A stretch of 33,148 nt of DNA. Source: an uncultured Gammaproteobacteria bacterium (GTDB lineage Bacteria > Patescibacteriota > Microgenomatia > Daviesbacterales > UBA10151). Location of the stretch: the NCBI GenBank assembly GCA_964637465.1, contig CAZWTE010000002.1, positions 1 to 33,148 of the forward strand, given 5' to 3'. The position numbers and the translations under genes are program-made. Shown here piece after piece: positions 1-9,229 of the stretch (positions within the stretch are counted from its first letter, which is position 1; each line of letters begins with the position of its first letter). The notes under the pieces were generated by a model, which was not told where the DNA came from, made no database searches, and saw only the letters and a program-made list of their open reading frames with translations.

Positions 1-2
1 TG

Positions 3-761
3 CCGGCCGGAGTATACGGTATTGTGGAAAGTGTTGATCAGGCTAGGGGACAGGTAGTTATTAAGACTCAAGTCAGCCGCATTCATGGGGTATTGGGTTC
101 CGGCAGATCGCGTGATGGTATATTACATATATTAGGTGAAAAGGATGAGTTAATTTCTAAAGATTTAATCCAGATGAAATATGACGGGCATATCTTAGTG
201 GGCGGTTTATTTTTTAAGGAGGCAATTTCTTCATCCATTTCAACAGGAGTAAGCGGTATTATTGCCGGAGGGATTAATGCCGCAGATTACAGGGGGATGG
301 CAAGCGGCCGTTTAATTTTTCCTAAAAAACTGGATAATGATATCGGTATATCAGTGGTAGTTTGCGAAGGTTTTGGTTCAATTCCCATTGGTTCTGATAT
401 TTTTGAAATATTATCAGAATATGAAGGGAAATTTGTCTTTATTGACGGAAATAAAGCTTTAATGAGCCTGCCTTCATTTTCGTCATCAAGTCTAATTAAA
501 GTGAAAAATACCCGGTTACCAAAACTGGCAGCCTCAAATTTAGCGCAGACTTCAGAGGGCACTAAAACAATTGCAGAGTTAAAGGCTGGAGCGAGGGTCA
601 GGATCGTGGGGAATTCTTATCTGGGAGAACAAGGTAAACTTTTGGCAATTGATGATTGCCCGACACTGCTTCCTTCCAAAATTAAGACTTGTTTGGCTAC
701 GGTAGAGACTGCCAGAAGAAAGATTCAGGTACCGGTTGCTAATCTTGAAATGATGATATAA
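3..761 (+). CDS. conserved hypothetical protein, 5'-truncated at window edge
   Basis: The frame is open from nt 3, with no stop before the GTG at 24, to TAA at 759-761. I recognise no motif. The ctpA-like gene follows 12 nt downstream. Confidence 0.5.
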   Translation, partial: PAGVYGIVESVDQARGQVVIKTQVSRIHGVLGSGRSRDGILHILGEKDELISKDLIQMKYDGHILVGGLFFKEAISSSISTGVSGIIAGGINAADYRGMASGRLIFPKKLDNDIGISVVVCEGFGSIPIGSDIFEILSEYEGKFVFIDGNKALMSLPSFSSSSLIKVKNTRLPKLAASNLAQTSEGTKTIAELKAGARVRIVGNSYLGEQGKLLAIDDCPTLLPSKIKTCLATVETARRKIQVPVANLEMMI

Positions 762-773
762 TCTAGGCTTGCC

Positions 774-1994
774 ATGAAAGATTTTCTCCCAAGCATTAAT
801 GCCAGGATTGTTTTAATCATTATTTTATCCTTTTTGTTGGGTTGGCAATTAGGCCACCGTGATGTACAAGTTAAGCTATCGGCATACCGGCCAACAGTTT
901 CCATTACAGATAAAGAACCGCCTAAGAAGGTTAATGTTGACTTTAAATTGTTTTGGAATACCTGGGATTTGTTGTCCCGTTCGTATCTTGATAAGAAAAA
1001 CATTGATTCCTCCAGGTTGTTTTATGGCGCTATCTCCGGCATGGTTGCGGCGCTGGAAGACCCTTATACGTTTTTCCTGCCGCCTGAGCAACAAAAATTC
1101 TCTAAAGAAGAATTAAACGGCAGCTTTGAAGGGGTCGGTATACAACTTGGTTTTAACAAGGACAAAAGGTTGGTGGTAGTTGCGCCTTTAGGTGGTACAC
1201 CGGCCCAAAAAGCCGGCATTATGCCTCAGGATACGATTGTCAAAATTGGTGATAAGGATACTACTAACATGACACTGCCTGAGGCAGTGAATATGATAAG
1301 GGGTAAAAAAGGCACCACAGTTGGTTTAACCATCTTTAGGGAAGGAGACACTGATACCAGGTTATTTGAATTAACCCGGGATGATATTATTGTCAGAAGC
1401 GTGGAGGTAAATTACAAAAACACCGCATCCGGCAAAAAAGTGGCAATAATTAAATTATCGCGGTTTGGGGAAAGGACAGAAGATGAATGGAATGATGCTG
1501 TGACAGATCTGCTCTCGGCTAATGTCCAGGAAGTTGTTTTAGATGTCCGCAACAACCCGGGCGGATTTTTAACCGGGGCAGTATTTATTGCTTCGGAATT
1601 TTTGGACGGGGGAGATGTGGTTTTGCAGGAGAATAGCGAAGGGGAAAGGGTGTCTTTTGAAGTTACCAGAACCGGGAAATTGATCCAAATGCCAATGGTA
1701 GTTTTAATTAATAAAGGGTCGGCATCAGCTTCTGAAATTGTGGCGGGAGCGTTGCAGGATAGAAAGCGGGCAAGGCTAGTGGGAGAACAATCATTTGGTA
1801 AAGGCACTATTCAGGAAGCCCAAGATTTAGAAGGCGGAACAGGTATCCATATTACTGTGGCTAAGTGGTTGACGCCGGAAGGAAAGTGGGTTAACAGTAC
1901 CCAAGGTCTGGATCCGGATGTTAAAATAGAAAATGATAAAGAAGACCAAAGTAAGGATCCGCAACTGGAGAAGGCTTTGGAATTATTAGAGTGA
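774..1994 (+). CDS. ctpA: carboxyl-terminal processing (S41, tail-specific) protease with PDZ domain
   Basis: N-terminal TM segment and a PDZ-like block (GVGIQL...PAQKAGI). S41 blocks are present: RNNPGG, INKGSASASEI (Ser nucleophile region) and SFGKGT (Lys). The stop overlaps the next start (GTGATGG). Confidence 0.85.
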   Translation: MKDFLPSINARIVLIIILSFLLGWQLGHRDVQVKLSAYRPTVSITDKEPPKKVNVDFKLFWNTWDLLSRSYLDKKNIDSSRLFYGAISGMVAALEDPYTFFLPPEQQKFSKEELNGSFEGVGIQLGFNKDKRLVVVAPLGGTPAQKAGIMPQDTIVKIGDKDTTNMTLPEAVNMIRGKKGTTVGLTIFREGDTDTRLFELTRDDIIVRSVEVNYKNTASGKKVAIIKLSRFGERTEDEWNDAVTDLLSANVQEVVLDVRNNPGGFLTGAVFIASEFLDGGDVVLQENSEGERVSFEVTRTGKLIQMPMVVLINKGSASASEIVAGALQDRKRARLVGEQSFGKGTIQEAQDLEGGTGIHITVAKWLTPEGKWVNSTQGLDPDVKIENDKEDQSKDPQLEKALELLE

Positions 1995-3115
1995 TGGATT
2001 TTTCAAAACTGCCAAAACTTAATATTACCGCGATTATTGCAGCAATGAGTTTAGGGGTGGTTGCAGCCCTGTTGGTATACCAAGCCCAAGCCAGGGGTTT
2101 GATTCCGGTGTTAGGCAATCTGCCAAAATTAGAAACTAAGGAAACCCGGACTATTGTATCTGAGGAAAATGCGGTAGTTGCAGCAACGGAAAAAACTTCT
2201 GCTTCTGTGGTGGCGATTGGCGCCACTACCCGGATTTTTAATCCCTTTAACCCTTTTTCCGCCCCCAGAAGCCAAAATGCCACTATCGGGACCGGTTTTG
2301 TGGTTTCAGAAAAAGGCATTATTGTTACAAATAAGCATGTGGTAGATGATCCTGATATTAAATATAATGTTGTTACCAAAGATGAGAAAAAATATGAAGT
2401 CCGGAGAATTTATCGGGATCCGGTATTAGATTTAGCGGTTGTGCAAATTGACGCAAACGATTTAAAAGCGTTGGAATTAGGTGATTCTTCAAAACTAAAG
2501 CCCGGTAACACTGTCATTGCGATTGGAAATGCTTTGGGTAGATTTACTAATACCGTAACAACCGGTGTGGTTTCGGGACTTGGCAGGAGGGTAGTAGCGG
2601 GTGATCCTTTTTCCGGTTCTGCCGAAAGCCTTGATGATCTAATCCAAACAGATGCGGCAATTAACCCGGGTAACTCCGGAGGTCCTCTTTTAAACTCTGC
2701 CGGACAAGTAATTGGGGTGAATGTGGCTACCACAGAAGGGGCGCAAAATATCGGTTTTGCTATACCTATTAATTCGGTTAAAAAGATTGTGAATGAATTT
2801 ATAGAAAAAGGTTCTGTTTCCCGGCCTTTTTTGGGAATAAGTTACAAATTTATTTCTAAAGATGTGGCTATTATGTATGAAGTTCCGCCCGGGGCCTATG
2901 TTCAGGAAGTGATGCCGAATTCATCAGCCGGTAAAGCCGGAATTGAAGAGGGAGATATGATTACTAAAGTGGACGGGCAGGCGGTTGATTCCGAAACCAA
3001 AATCTCTCAAGCGATCGGGAATAAAAGACTAGGCGAAAGCTTGAATTTAACTGTTTGGAAAGATAGTAAGGAAAGATTAGTGACAGCTACTTTACAAGAA
3101 TTGCCGAATCAGTAA
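1991..3115 (+). CDS. htrA: HtrA/DegP-family trypsin-like serine protease with C-terminal PDZ
   Basis: N-terminal TM segment. Catalytic triad contexts are TNKHVV (His), DLAVVQI (Asp) and GNSGGPLLN (Ser). The C-terminal PDZ contains GAYV...SSAGKAGIEEGD. Confidence 0.88.
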   Translation: MMDFSKLPKLNITAIIAAMSLGVVAALLVYQAQARGLIPVLGNLPKLETKETRTIVSEENAVVAATEKTSASVVAIGATTRIFNPFNPFSAPRSQNATIGTGFVVSEKGIIVTNKHVVDDPDIKYNVVTKDEKKYEVRRIYRDPVLDLAVVQIDANDLKALELGDSSKLKPGNTVIAIGNALGRFTNTVTTGVVSGLGRRVVAGDPFSGSAESLDDLIQTDAAINPGNSGGPLLNSAGQVIGVNVATTEGAQNIGFAIPINSVKKIVNEFIEKGSVSRPFLGISYKFISKDVAIMYEVPPGAYVQEVMPNSSAGKAGIEEGDMITKVDGQAVDSETKISQAIGNKRLGESLNLTVWKDSKERLVTATLQELPNQ

Positions 3116-3766
3116 TATTCTTTGAAGGTGGGCTAAATCTTTTGTAACTTCCACTTCAGTTTTTGGGAAATATTTTTGGGCTTCTAGGGCGGCCAGTTCT
3201 CCGTGAGTATAATCAATTTCTCCGATGATGAGTTTAGGCTGCCAGCAGTTGTCTTTTATTTGTTGGAATAATTTCCGGTAAAGTTCAAAGCCGTCTTCTC
3301 CACCGTCCAAAGCAACATGCGGCTCAAAGTCTTTGACAGACGGATCAAGATAGGGGATCCGGGCAGAGGGAATATAAGGTAGATTAGTGACTACTATAGC
3401 GTTTTTTGACGATCGTTCAAATTTACTAAAGTCAACATTCTCTAAGAGGTTGCTTCGTAGAAAGGTAATTTTATTACTTACCCCATGTAATTTGGCATTT
3501 TGTTGGGCAATTTTAAGGGCTTTTAGGGAAATATCAGTGGCAATGATATTTACAGTAGGGTTATTTTTTACTATAGAAATAGCAATATTGCCTGTTCCTG
3601 TTCCGACATCCAGGATTAGAGTATTCTCCTCGATGTTTTTTAAGACCATATCTACCAGAAGTTCAGTTTCTTGACGAGGAATTAAAACATCAGGGGTAAC
3701 CCGGAATTTGAGTTTGTAGAATTCAACCCAGCCTTTAATGTACTGAGAGGGCTTGGATGATGTCAT
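3092..3766 (-). CDS. prmC: release-factor glutamine N5-methyltransferase (PrmC/HemK), N-terminally short form
   Basis: VLIPRQETE block, SAM site [12 protein letters not shown], and motif IV present as TNLPYI (canonical NPPY). It lies directly downstream of prfA and overlaps it by 32 nt. Confidence 0.8.
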   Translation of the reverse strand: MTSSKPSQYIKGWVEFYKLKFRVTPDVLIPRQETELLVDMVLKNIEENTLILDVGTGTGNIAISIVKNNPTVNIIATDISLKALKIAQQNAKLHGVSNKITFLRSNLLENVDFSKFERSSKNAIVVTNLPYIPSARIPYLDPSVKDFEPHVALDGGEDGFELYRKLFQQIKDNCWQPKLIIGEIDYTHGELAALEAQKYFPKTEVEVTKDLAHLQRILLIRQFL

Positions 3767-4646
3767 CTAAATCTCCTTCTAAAATCCGGTCCAGATTATG
3801 CCAGGATTTATTAATCCGGTGGTCGGTGACCCGGTTTTGAGGAAAGTTATAAGTCCTGATTTTCTCCGACCTTTCTCCTGTTCCTACTTGAGTAGATCTT
3901 TGTTTTTCAATATTGCCCACATTCTTTTGTTGTTCCAGTTCCCATAATTTAGATCGGAGCAAGGTCATGGCGTTTTCCCGGTTTTGCAGTTGCGACCTTT
4001 CTGTTTGGCAGGTAACCACAATGCCGGTAGGGATATGTTTTAACCTGACGGCAGTAGACACCTTGTTAACATTTTGTCCTCCTGCCCCACCGGATCTAAA
4101 GGCTTCAAACTCAATATCTCCCTGGCTGATGGTGATTTGAGCTGCTGTTACTTGCGGTAAAACAGCTACAGTGGCGGTTGAAGTATGGATTCTGCCGGAA
4201 GATTCTGTTTCGGGTACTCTTTGTACCCGGTGGACACCAGATTCATATTTTAGGTTATTGTAGGCCTCTTTACCGGTAATTTTGAGTACAATTTCTTTGA
4301 TTTGTCCCAGTTTGCCTTCTGATCTGTCCAATTCTTCAATCTTCCAGCCCTTAGTTTGAGCAAATCTGGTATACATCCGGAGTAAGTCACCGGCAAACAG
4401 CCCTGCCTCATCGCCGCCGGCAGCAGACCTGACTTCCAGAATGGCCACGTTAGGATTAACAGAGGGTCCAGAGGATACAGAGGTGTCCTGACTATAATCT
4501 ATAGATAAAGCCGCTTTTTGCTTTTCCAAATCAGCAATTTCTTCCCTGGCTAGCTGCGCCATTTCCGGATCTTCAAGCAAAGGCTTGATCTCTTCAATCC
4601 TTTTGTTTATTTGATCAACTTGTTCTTTTAGGTAATCATTGTTCAT
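3735..4646 (-). CDS. prfA: peptide chain release factor 1
   Basis: GGQ motif ([10 protein letters not shown]). RF1-type tripeptide context [25 protein letters not shown] (PxT). At 303 aa it is shorter than the E. coli protein (360 aa). Confidence 0.92.
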   Translation of the reverse strand: MNNDYLKEQVDQINKRIEEIKPLLEDPEMAQLAREEIADLEKQKAALSIDYSQDTSVSSGPSVNPNVAILEVRSAAGGDEAGLFAGDLLRMYTRFAQTKGWKIEELDRSEGKLGQIKEIVLKITGKEAYNNLKYESGVHRVQRVPETESSGRIHTSTATVAVLPQVTAAQITISQGDIEFEAFRSGGAGGQNVNKVSTAVRLKHIPTGIVVTCQTERSQLQNRENAMTLLRSKLWELEQQKNVGNIEKQRSTQVGTGERSEKIRTYNFPQNRVTDHRINKSWHNLDRILEGDLDDIIQALSVH

Positions 4647-4689
4647 ATGTTAAGTATAAAGTAAAAAGGTAAAAGTAATTGGAATTTAT

Positions 4690-5016
4690 CTAGGAAGGGA
4701 TTTGTTTGCGGGCTTGCAGGAGTAAATCTTTAAGGGATGGCCGTTCTTTCTTTTTTTCTTCCACCTTGGATTTTCTGGTTTCCAGGATTTTCTTTCTTTC
4801 CGCCTGCTTAACTTTGGAGGTTTCGGCCTTTTTGATAAACCTGTCCACCTGACCTAAGGTATCAATAAACTTTTGCTGTCCGGTAAAAAGGGGGTGGCAC
4901 TGGCTGCAAATATCCACGCGGATAGCCGGCAGGGTTGAACCTGTCGTAAATTTTGCTCCGCAAGCGCAAATGACTTGGGCTTCCGGATACCAGACTGGAT
5001 GAATGTTTACTTTCAT
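4690..5016 (-). CDS. rpmE: 50S ribosomal protein L31 (Zn-ribbon type) with Lys/Glu-rich C-terminal extension
   Basis: MKVNIHP...CACGAKF...CSQCHPLFTGQQK is a classic L31 sequence. I chose the ATG at 5016 over the track start at 5034, because MKxxIHP is the conserved N-terminus. Confidence 0.9.
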   Translation of the reverse strand: MKVNIHPVWYPEAQVICACGAKFTTGSTLPAIRVDICSQCHPLFTGQQKFIDTLGQVDRFIKKAETSKVKQAERKKILETRKSKVEEKKKERPSLKDLLLQARKQIPS

Positions 5017-5025
5017 AATCCATGT

Positions 5026-5054
5026 AGTATACAAAAAAATATCTCAAAACTCAA
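5026..5054 (-). promoter_or_regulatory. candidate sigma70-type promoter for rpmE (TTGAGT-17 nt-TATACT), implying a near-leaderless mRNA
   Basis: Minus strand reads TTGAGT (5054-5049), a 17-nt spacer ending in TG, then TATACT (5031-5026). The ATG at 5016 lies 9 nt downstream and has no Shine-Dalgarno. Confidence 0.35.
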
Positions 5055-5072
5055 ATCGCAAAACTCAAAACT
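5041..5072. repeat. 32-nt dispersed repeat, copy A (30/32 identical to 23082-23113)
   Basis: ATCTCAAAACtCAAATCGcAAAACTCAAAACT here versus ATCTCAAAACgCAAATCGtAAAACTCAAAACT at the other copy. Confidence 0.9.
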
Positions 5073-5093
5073 ACAACTCAAATTTCTTTGACA

Positions 5094-6032
5094 TTACATT
5101 CTATGTGCCTTGTGGTGTGTATGGTGAGCTTCTTTGGCTAAAGTTCCCAGGTATGCTCCGGCTGCAATCAGCGCAGCTCCTACCAGAAAAGAAGCCGATA
5201 CTCTTTCACTTAAAATTAACACAGCCAGGATTGTAGCCATAAACGGCTCAATATATTGGAAGAGGTTTGCTACTGCCACGGAGGTTTTAGAAAGTCCCCA
5301 TTCAAACAGGAAATAAGCCGATATAGAAGAAAGCAGGGTCATAAATATTAGCCCCAAAATACCCAGGATCGTGATTTGATTTATCCAATTGGGGTTCTGG
5401 ATATATTCAAAGCTGGCCGGGATAAAAAATGTAATGGTACCGATTAAAAAAGCTATTGCTGTTATAACTAAAGAAGAATACTTATTTAAGATTTTTTTAG
5501 AAACAGTTGCTCCTAAGACCCAAAAAACTGAAGCTAGAATTATTAGAATATTGCCTGCCAGCATTTGCGGGGAAGTTGTACCTGTGATCATTTGAGGCAA
5601 ACCTACAATCACCAAAGCCCCTAAAAAACCTAAAGCTATGCCGAAGAGATTAATTAGATAAACCTTTTCTTTTAAAAACCACCAGCCTAAAAGTACTGAC
5701 ATCATCGGTATTAGTAGGGTTAAAAATGAGGCATTAATGGCAGTAGTCCTTTTGATTCCTTCAAAGAAAAAAGTGATGTTTAAAGTAATCATGAAAATTC
5801 CAATGGTGATTAATTTCGGAAGGTCCTTTTTGTCAATCTTTATCTTTTTTGTTTCTGCAATAAAAAATGGAGCCAGCAGAAGAGAAGCAAAAGCAAAACG
5901 GAGAAGGGCTAAGCTCATAGGGGGAAATTCTTCTAAGGTAACTTTAGCCACTACAAAATTGGCACCCCAGATTAAGTGGGCGGCGATTAAGGCCATATAG
6001 GGAATAGGTTTTTTAAGAATTTGGGATGACAT
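5094..6032 (-). CDS. EamA/DMT-superfamily transporter (10 TM)
   Basis: Two tandem 5-TM EamA-like halves with ANFVVAK near the N-terminus. The start lies only 8 nt downstream of the hisS stop, so it is probably co-transcribed with the his operon. Confidence 0.8.
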   Translation of the reverse strand: MSSQILKKPIPYMALIAAHLIWGANFVVAKVTLEEFPPMSLALLRFAFASLLLAPFFIAETKKIKIDKKDLPKLITIGIFMITLNITFFFEGIKRTTAINASFLTLLIPMMSVLLGWWFLKEKVYLINLFGIALGFLGALVIVGLPQMITGTTSPQMLAGNILIILASVFWVLGATVSKKILNKYSSLVITAIAFLIGTITFFIPASFEYIQNPNWINQITILGILGLIFMTLLSSISAYFLFEWGLSKTSVAVANLFQYIEPFMATILAVLILSERVSASFLVGAALIAAGAYLGTLAKEAHHTHHKAHRM

Positions 6033-6040
6033 CCTTAAGC

Positions 6041-7255
6041 TTATGATGTCAGTTTTTGGATGGCGTCGTCAAGTGTAAGGGTTTCCTGGGTTTTGTTTTG
6101 AAGATTCTTTAAGGTGGCCTGGTTTTGCTGGCTCTCGTTTGGCCCAATAATTACCACAAAAGGAATGCCTTTTTGATCGGCATATTTTAATTGTTTTTCC
6201 AGTTTAGAATTCGGGTCCAGCCAGAGTTCAGTGTTGATATCGCTGGAACGGAGTTGAGAGCTGATTTTCAAGGATTTTTGTTTCAACTCCTTGGAAAATA
6301 CCGTCACTAAAACTTTGGAAGAGGTTTCAAATCTTGGTAATAATTTCAGTTCTTCTAAAGCCTCTAATGTTCTGTCAAAACCAATACCGATTCCGGTTCC
6401 GGGAATATCTCTTCCCGAAATTTTCTTGACAAGTCCATCGTATCTTTCGCCGCCGCCAACCGATCCGCCGGAATAGCCAGGTATTACTATTTCCCATATC
6501 GGTCCTTCAGAATATGAAAATGATCTGGCTAGGGTCGGTTCAAACTGATACCAGTCTTGAGTAAATCCTGATTGCTCCAGATAATTAAAAATTGTTTTTA
6601 TTGAGTCATTAGGTTCTAAATTTTTAATATACTCAAGATATTTTTTACCTTCATCAATAGCTATTCCTTTCGCTTGCATTTCATTTATGACTGCTTCCTC
6701 ACCAATCTTTTTAAGCTTATCAATAGAGGCAATTGCAGGATAAGGAATGCTGATAAGCAGATCCCGGCTATTTATTAAAGCTATTACTTCTTTAAAGCCT
6801 AAACTTCGGTAGAGATCGAGAGTTACCGCTATAATTTCTGCATCAGCTAGGGGAGAGGCAACCCCAAAAATATCAATATCACTTTGTAAGAACTCTCTGA
6901 ATCTGCCCTTTTGTGGTTTTTCAGCCCGGAATGCCGGTTGAATCTGATACCTTCTAAATGGGAAGATGATTTGACCGAAATACTCACCAATCACGCGACA
7001 CGTCGGGACTGTTTGATCATAACGCAGCGCAACATCCCTGTCACCGGCATCCTTAAACTTATAGAACAGTTTTTCGTCTTCTCCTATTTGTCCGGCAAAA
7101 AGCTCAAGAGGCTCTAAGGTAGGAGTTTCAAGTGGTTCGTATCCCCATTTTTCAAAGACTTTAACCATTTGCTTTTTTAACCAGTCTCTCTTCCTGACCT
7201 CTTCAGGCAAGAAATCCCTAAATCCTTTTAATGTCTGTACTTTGATGTTAGTCAT
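6041..7255 (-). CDS. hisS: histidyl-tRNA synthetase (class IIa); a HisZ-like moonlighting role cannot be excluded
   Basis: GFRDFLP; LRYDQTVP (His-A-like); motif 2 FRAEKPQKGRFREFLQSDIDIFG; GGGERYDGL (His-B); GIGFDR (motif 3). The C-terminal anticodon-binding-like domain contains YADQKGIPFVVIIGPNE. It overlaps hisE by 8 nt. Confidence 0.8.
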   Translation of the reverse strand: MTNIKVQTLKGFRDFLPEEVRKRDWLKKQMVKVFEKWGYEPLETPTLEPLELFAGQIGEDEKLFYKFKDAGDRDVALRYDQTVPTCRVIGEYFGQIIFPFRRYQIQPAFRAEKPQKGRFREFLQSDIDIFGVASPLADAEIIAVTLDLYRSLGFKEVIALINSRDLLISIPYPAIASIDKLKKIGEEAVINEMQAKGIAIDEGKKYLEYIKNLEPNDSIKTIFNYLEQSGFTQDWYQFEPTLARSFSYSEGPIWEIVIPGYSGGSVGGGERYDGLVKKISGRDIPGTGIGIGFDRTLEALEELKLLPRFETSSKVLVTVFSKELKQKSLKISSQLRSSDINTELWLDPNSKLEKQLKYADQKGIPFVVIIGPNESQQNQATLKNLQNKTQETLTLDDAIQKLTS

Positions 7256-7544
7256 TTTTTCCTTTACTCAAATGCTGTCTTTTACTTAACTCTTTTAAGA
7301 TATCAGAAGGCGTGATATTAAACAAGCTTAACATGACCAGCAAGTGAAAGATTAAATCTGCCACTTCTGAAATAATTCTTTCTCTGCTTTCATTTTTGGC
7401 AGCAATAATTACCTCTACAGCTTCTTCACCTACTTTTTGGACAATAGTATCCGGGCCCTCCTTAAAAAGAGAAGCTACGTAAGAGTCTTCCGGCATTTTC
7501 TTTTTCCGGTTCTCAATAATTGCATAGAGTTGTTTTAATGTCAT
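7248..7544 (-). CDS. hisE: phosphoribosyl-ATP pyrophosphohydrolase
   Basis: SYVASLF...GEEAVEVIIAAKNE...EVADLIFHLLVML. I placed the start at ATG 7544, which forms an ATGA overlap with the hisI stop, rather than at the track start 7583. Confidence 0.88.
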   Translation of the reverse strand: MTLKQLYAIIENRKKKMPEDSYVASLFKEGPDTIVQKVGEEAVEVIIAAKNESRERIISEVADLIFHLLVMLSLFNITPSDILKELSKRQHLSKGKND

Positions 7545-7828
7545 ACAACCTCCTTGAAACAGGTTCTGCTGCCGGTGTGGCAAACATTTTTTCCCGTTAG
7601 TTCAACTTTGATTAACAGCGTATCAGCATCACAATCAGTAAATATTTTTTTTACCCTCAGCTTATTACCTGATGTTTCACCCTTTAACCAAAGCTTTTTT
7701 CTGCTTCTGCTCCAAAAATAAACCCATTTAGAGACTTTGGTTTTTTCCAAGGCTTTTTTGTTCATATAGCCTAACATCAGAATCTCGCCGCTTTTATAGT
7801 CCTGAATAATAACCGGAGTAAGTTTCAT
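7541..7828 (-). CDS. hisI: phosphoribosyl-AMP cyclohydrolase
   Basis: IIQD...[17 protein letters not shown]...DCDADTLL...CHTGSRTCF. It forms an ATGA overlap with the hisF stop. Confidence 0.9.
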   Translation of the reverse strand: MKLTPVIIQDYKSGEILMLGYMNKKALEKTKVSKWVYFWSRSRKKLWLKGETSGNKLRVKKIFTDCDADTLLIKVELTGKNVCHTGSRTCFKEVV

Positions 7829-8589
7829 ATCTCGCTCCTGATGGAGATTTTTTTACCCCTTAAATAATCTTTCAAATCTTTAATGGTTAATTCTCCAAAG
7901 TGAAATAGGGAAGCAGCAAGTGCCGCATCGGCGAGGCCTCTATTAAAGATTTCCACAAAATCCTCCAGCCTGCCGGCTCCGCCTGAGGCAATTATTGGCA
8001 CAGTAACAACCCCAGATACTCGTTTTGTCAGTTCCACATTAAATCCCTGTTTTGTGCCGTCAGTATCAATACTGGTTAACAATATTTCCCCGGCGCCTAA
8101 TTTAACAGCCTTTTTGGCCCACTCAACCGCTGATACGCCAGTATCGGTCATGCCTCCGTTAATAAAGACATTCCATCTGTTTTTGCTGACCTGTTTGGCA
8201 TCAAGCGATAACACTACGCACTGGCTGCCGAATTCTTTGGCGCAATCCGAAATCAGCGAAGGATTTTTAAATGCCCCGGTATTAACCGATACTTTATCAG
8301 CGCCGGCCCGGAGTATCATTCGCATATCCTCAACGGTTCTGATGCCTCCGCCAACCGAGAAGGGGATAGTTACCACTTCAGCTGTTCTTCTAACCACATC
8401 CAGTAAAATATCCCGGTTTTCCACTGTGGCTGTAATATCCAAAAATACCAGCTCATCAGCGCCTTCGTCACTGTACTTTTTAGCAAGCTGTACAGGATCT
8501 CCGGCATCCCGGAAATTAACAAACTGTATTCCTTTAACTACTTTGCCTTGAGTCATATCCAGACAAGGAACAATTCTTTTAGCCAACAT
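7825..8589 (-). CDS. hisF: imidazole glycerol phosphate synthase, cyclase subunit
   Basis: [15 protein letters not shown]; [12 protein letters not shown]; SVGGGIR; IASGGAG. This is the HisF signature, not the HisA one. Confidence 0.93.
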   Translation of the reverse strand: MLAKRIVPCLDMTQGKVVKGIQFVNFRDAGDPVQLAKKYSDEGADELVFLDITATVENRDILLDVVRRTAEVVTIPFSVGGGIRTVEDMRMILRAGADKVSVNTGAFKNPSLISDCAKEFGSQCVVLSLDAKQVSKNRWNVFINGGMTDTGVSAVEWAKKAVKLGAGEILLTSIDTDGTKQGFNVELTKRVSGVVTVPIIASGGAGRLEDFVEIFNRGLADAALAASLFHFGELTIKDLKDYLRGKKISIRSEI

Positions 8590-9229
8590 AATTTTTTCCT
8601 CCCATAAAATTTTTCAGCAGCTGAAAACCTATTTTGCCGCTTTTTTCCGGGTGGAATTGCACCCCGATAACATTATCTTTGGCCACAACGCTGGTAAATG
8701 TTTCCCCGTAATCAGTCAACCCGGCAATAATACTTTTATCTTCTGGCATGCAATAATAACTATTAACAAAATAGAAAAAGCTATTATCAGGAATACCCTG
8801 AAAAACTTTGAATTTTGAACTTTGCCGCCTTTGGCGAGCCTCGCCTCTGGCGGGAATTTTGAACTTTACTTCGTTCCAGCCAATTTGCGGAATCTTCCGC
8901 ATTTTTCTAAACCGTCTCACCTTTCCTTTAAAAATGCCAAGGCAATTGACATTACCTTCTTCGCTTCCTTCAAACAAAAGCTGCATTCCTAAACAAATCC
9001 CCAGGAATGGTTTGCCTTTGTTAATTTCATCAACAATGATTTGGTCCAGCCCTTTGGCTTGTAAGTTTTTCATACCCTGGCCGGCTGCGCCGACACCTGG
9101 CAGGATCAATGCCGCAGCTTTTTTAATCACAGCAGGCTTACCGGAAATTTGACTTTCCGCTCCCAGTTTATCCAAAGCGTTTTTAACGCTGGCTAAATTT
9201 CCTACTCCATAGTCAATTATTACTATCAT
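8579..9229 (-). CDS. hisH: imidazole glycerol phosphate synthase, glutamine amidotransferase subunit, carrying an in-frame repeat insertion
   Basis: IIDYGVGNL; GICLGMQLL (Cys nucleophile); QFHPEKS. I placed the start at ATG 9229 (ATGA overlap with the hisB stop), not at 9283. Confidence 0.9.
   Translation of the reverse strand: MIVIIDYGVGNLASVKNALDKLGAESQISGKPAVIKKAAALILPGVGAAGQGMKNLQAKGLDQIIVDEINKGKPFLGICLGMQLLFEGSEEGNVNCLGIFKGKVRRFRKMRKIPQIGWNEVKFKIPARGEARQRRQSSKFKVFQGIPDNSFFYFVNSYYCMPEDKSIIAGLTDYGETFTSVVAKDNVIGVQFHPEKSGKIGFQLLKNFMGGKNYVG
8810..8867. repeat. short composite repeat inside hisH: a 14-nt direct repeat (8810-8823 and 8854-8867) flanking a 30-nt GC-rich hairpin core
   Basis: GAATTTTGAACTTT ... 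GCCGCCTTTGGCGAGCCTCGCCTCTGGCGG ... GAATTTTGAACTTT. On the coding strand this encodes [20 protein letters not shown]. Confidence 0.85.

Noticed and set aside
6041-7255. Calling the operon-terminal HisRS-like gene hisZ outright
   Set aside because: The protein retains the class II catalytic motifs and a C-terminal anticodon-binding-like domain, which characterised HisZ proteins have typically degenerated or lost. I therefore annotated it as hisS and raised the HisZ role only as a hypothesis.
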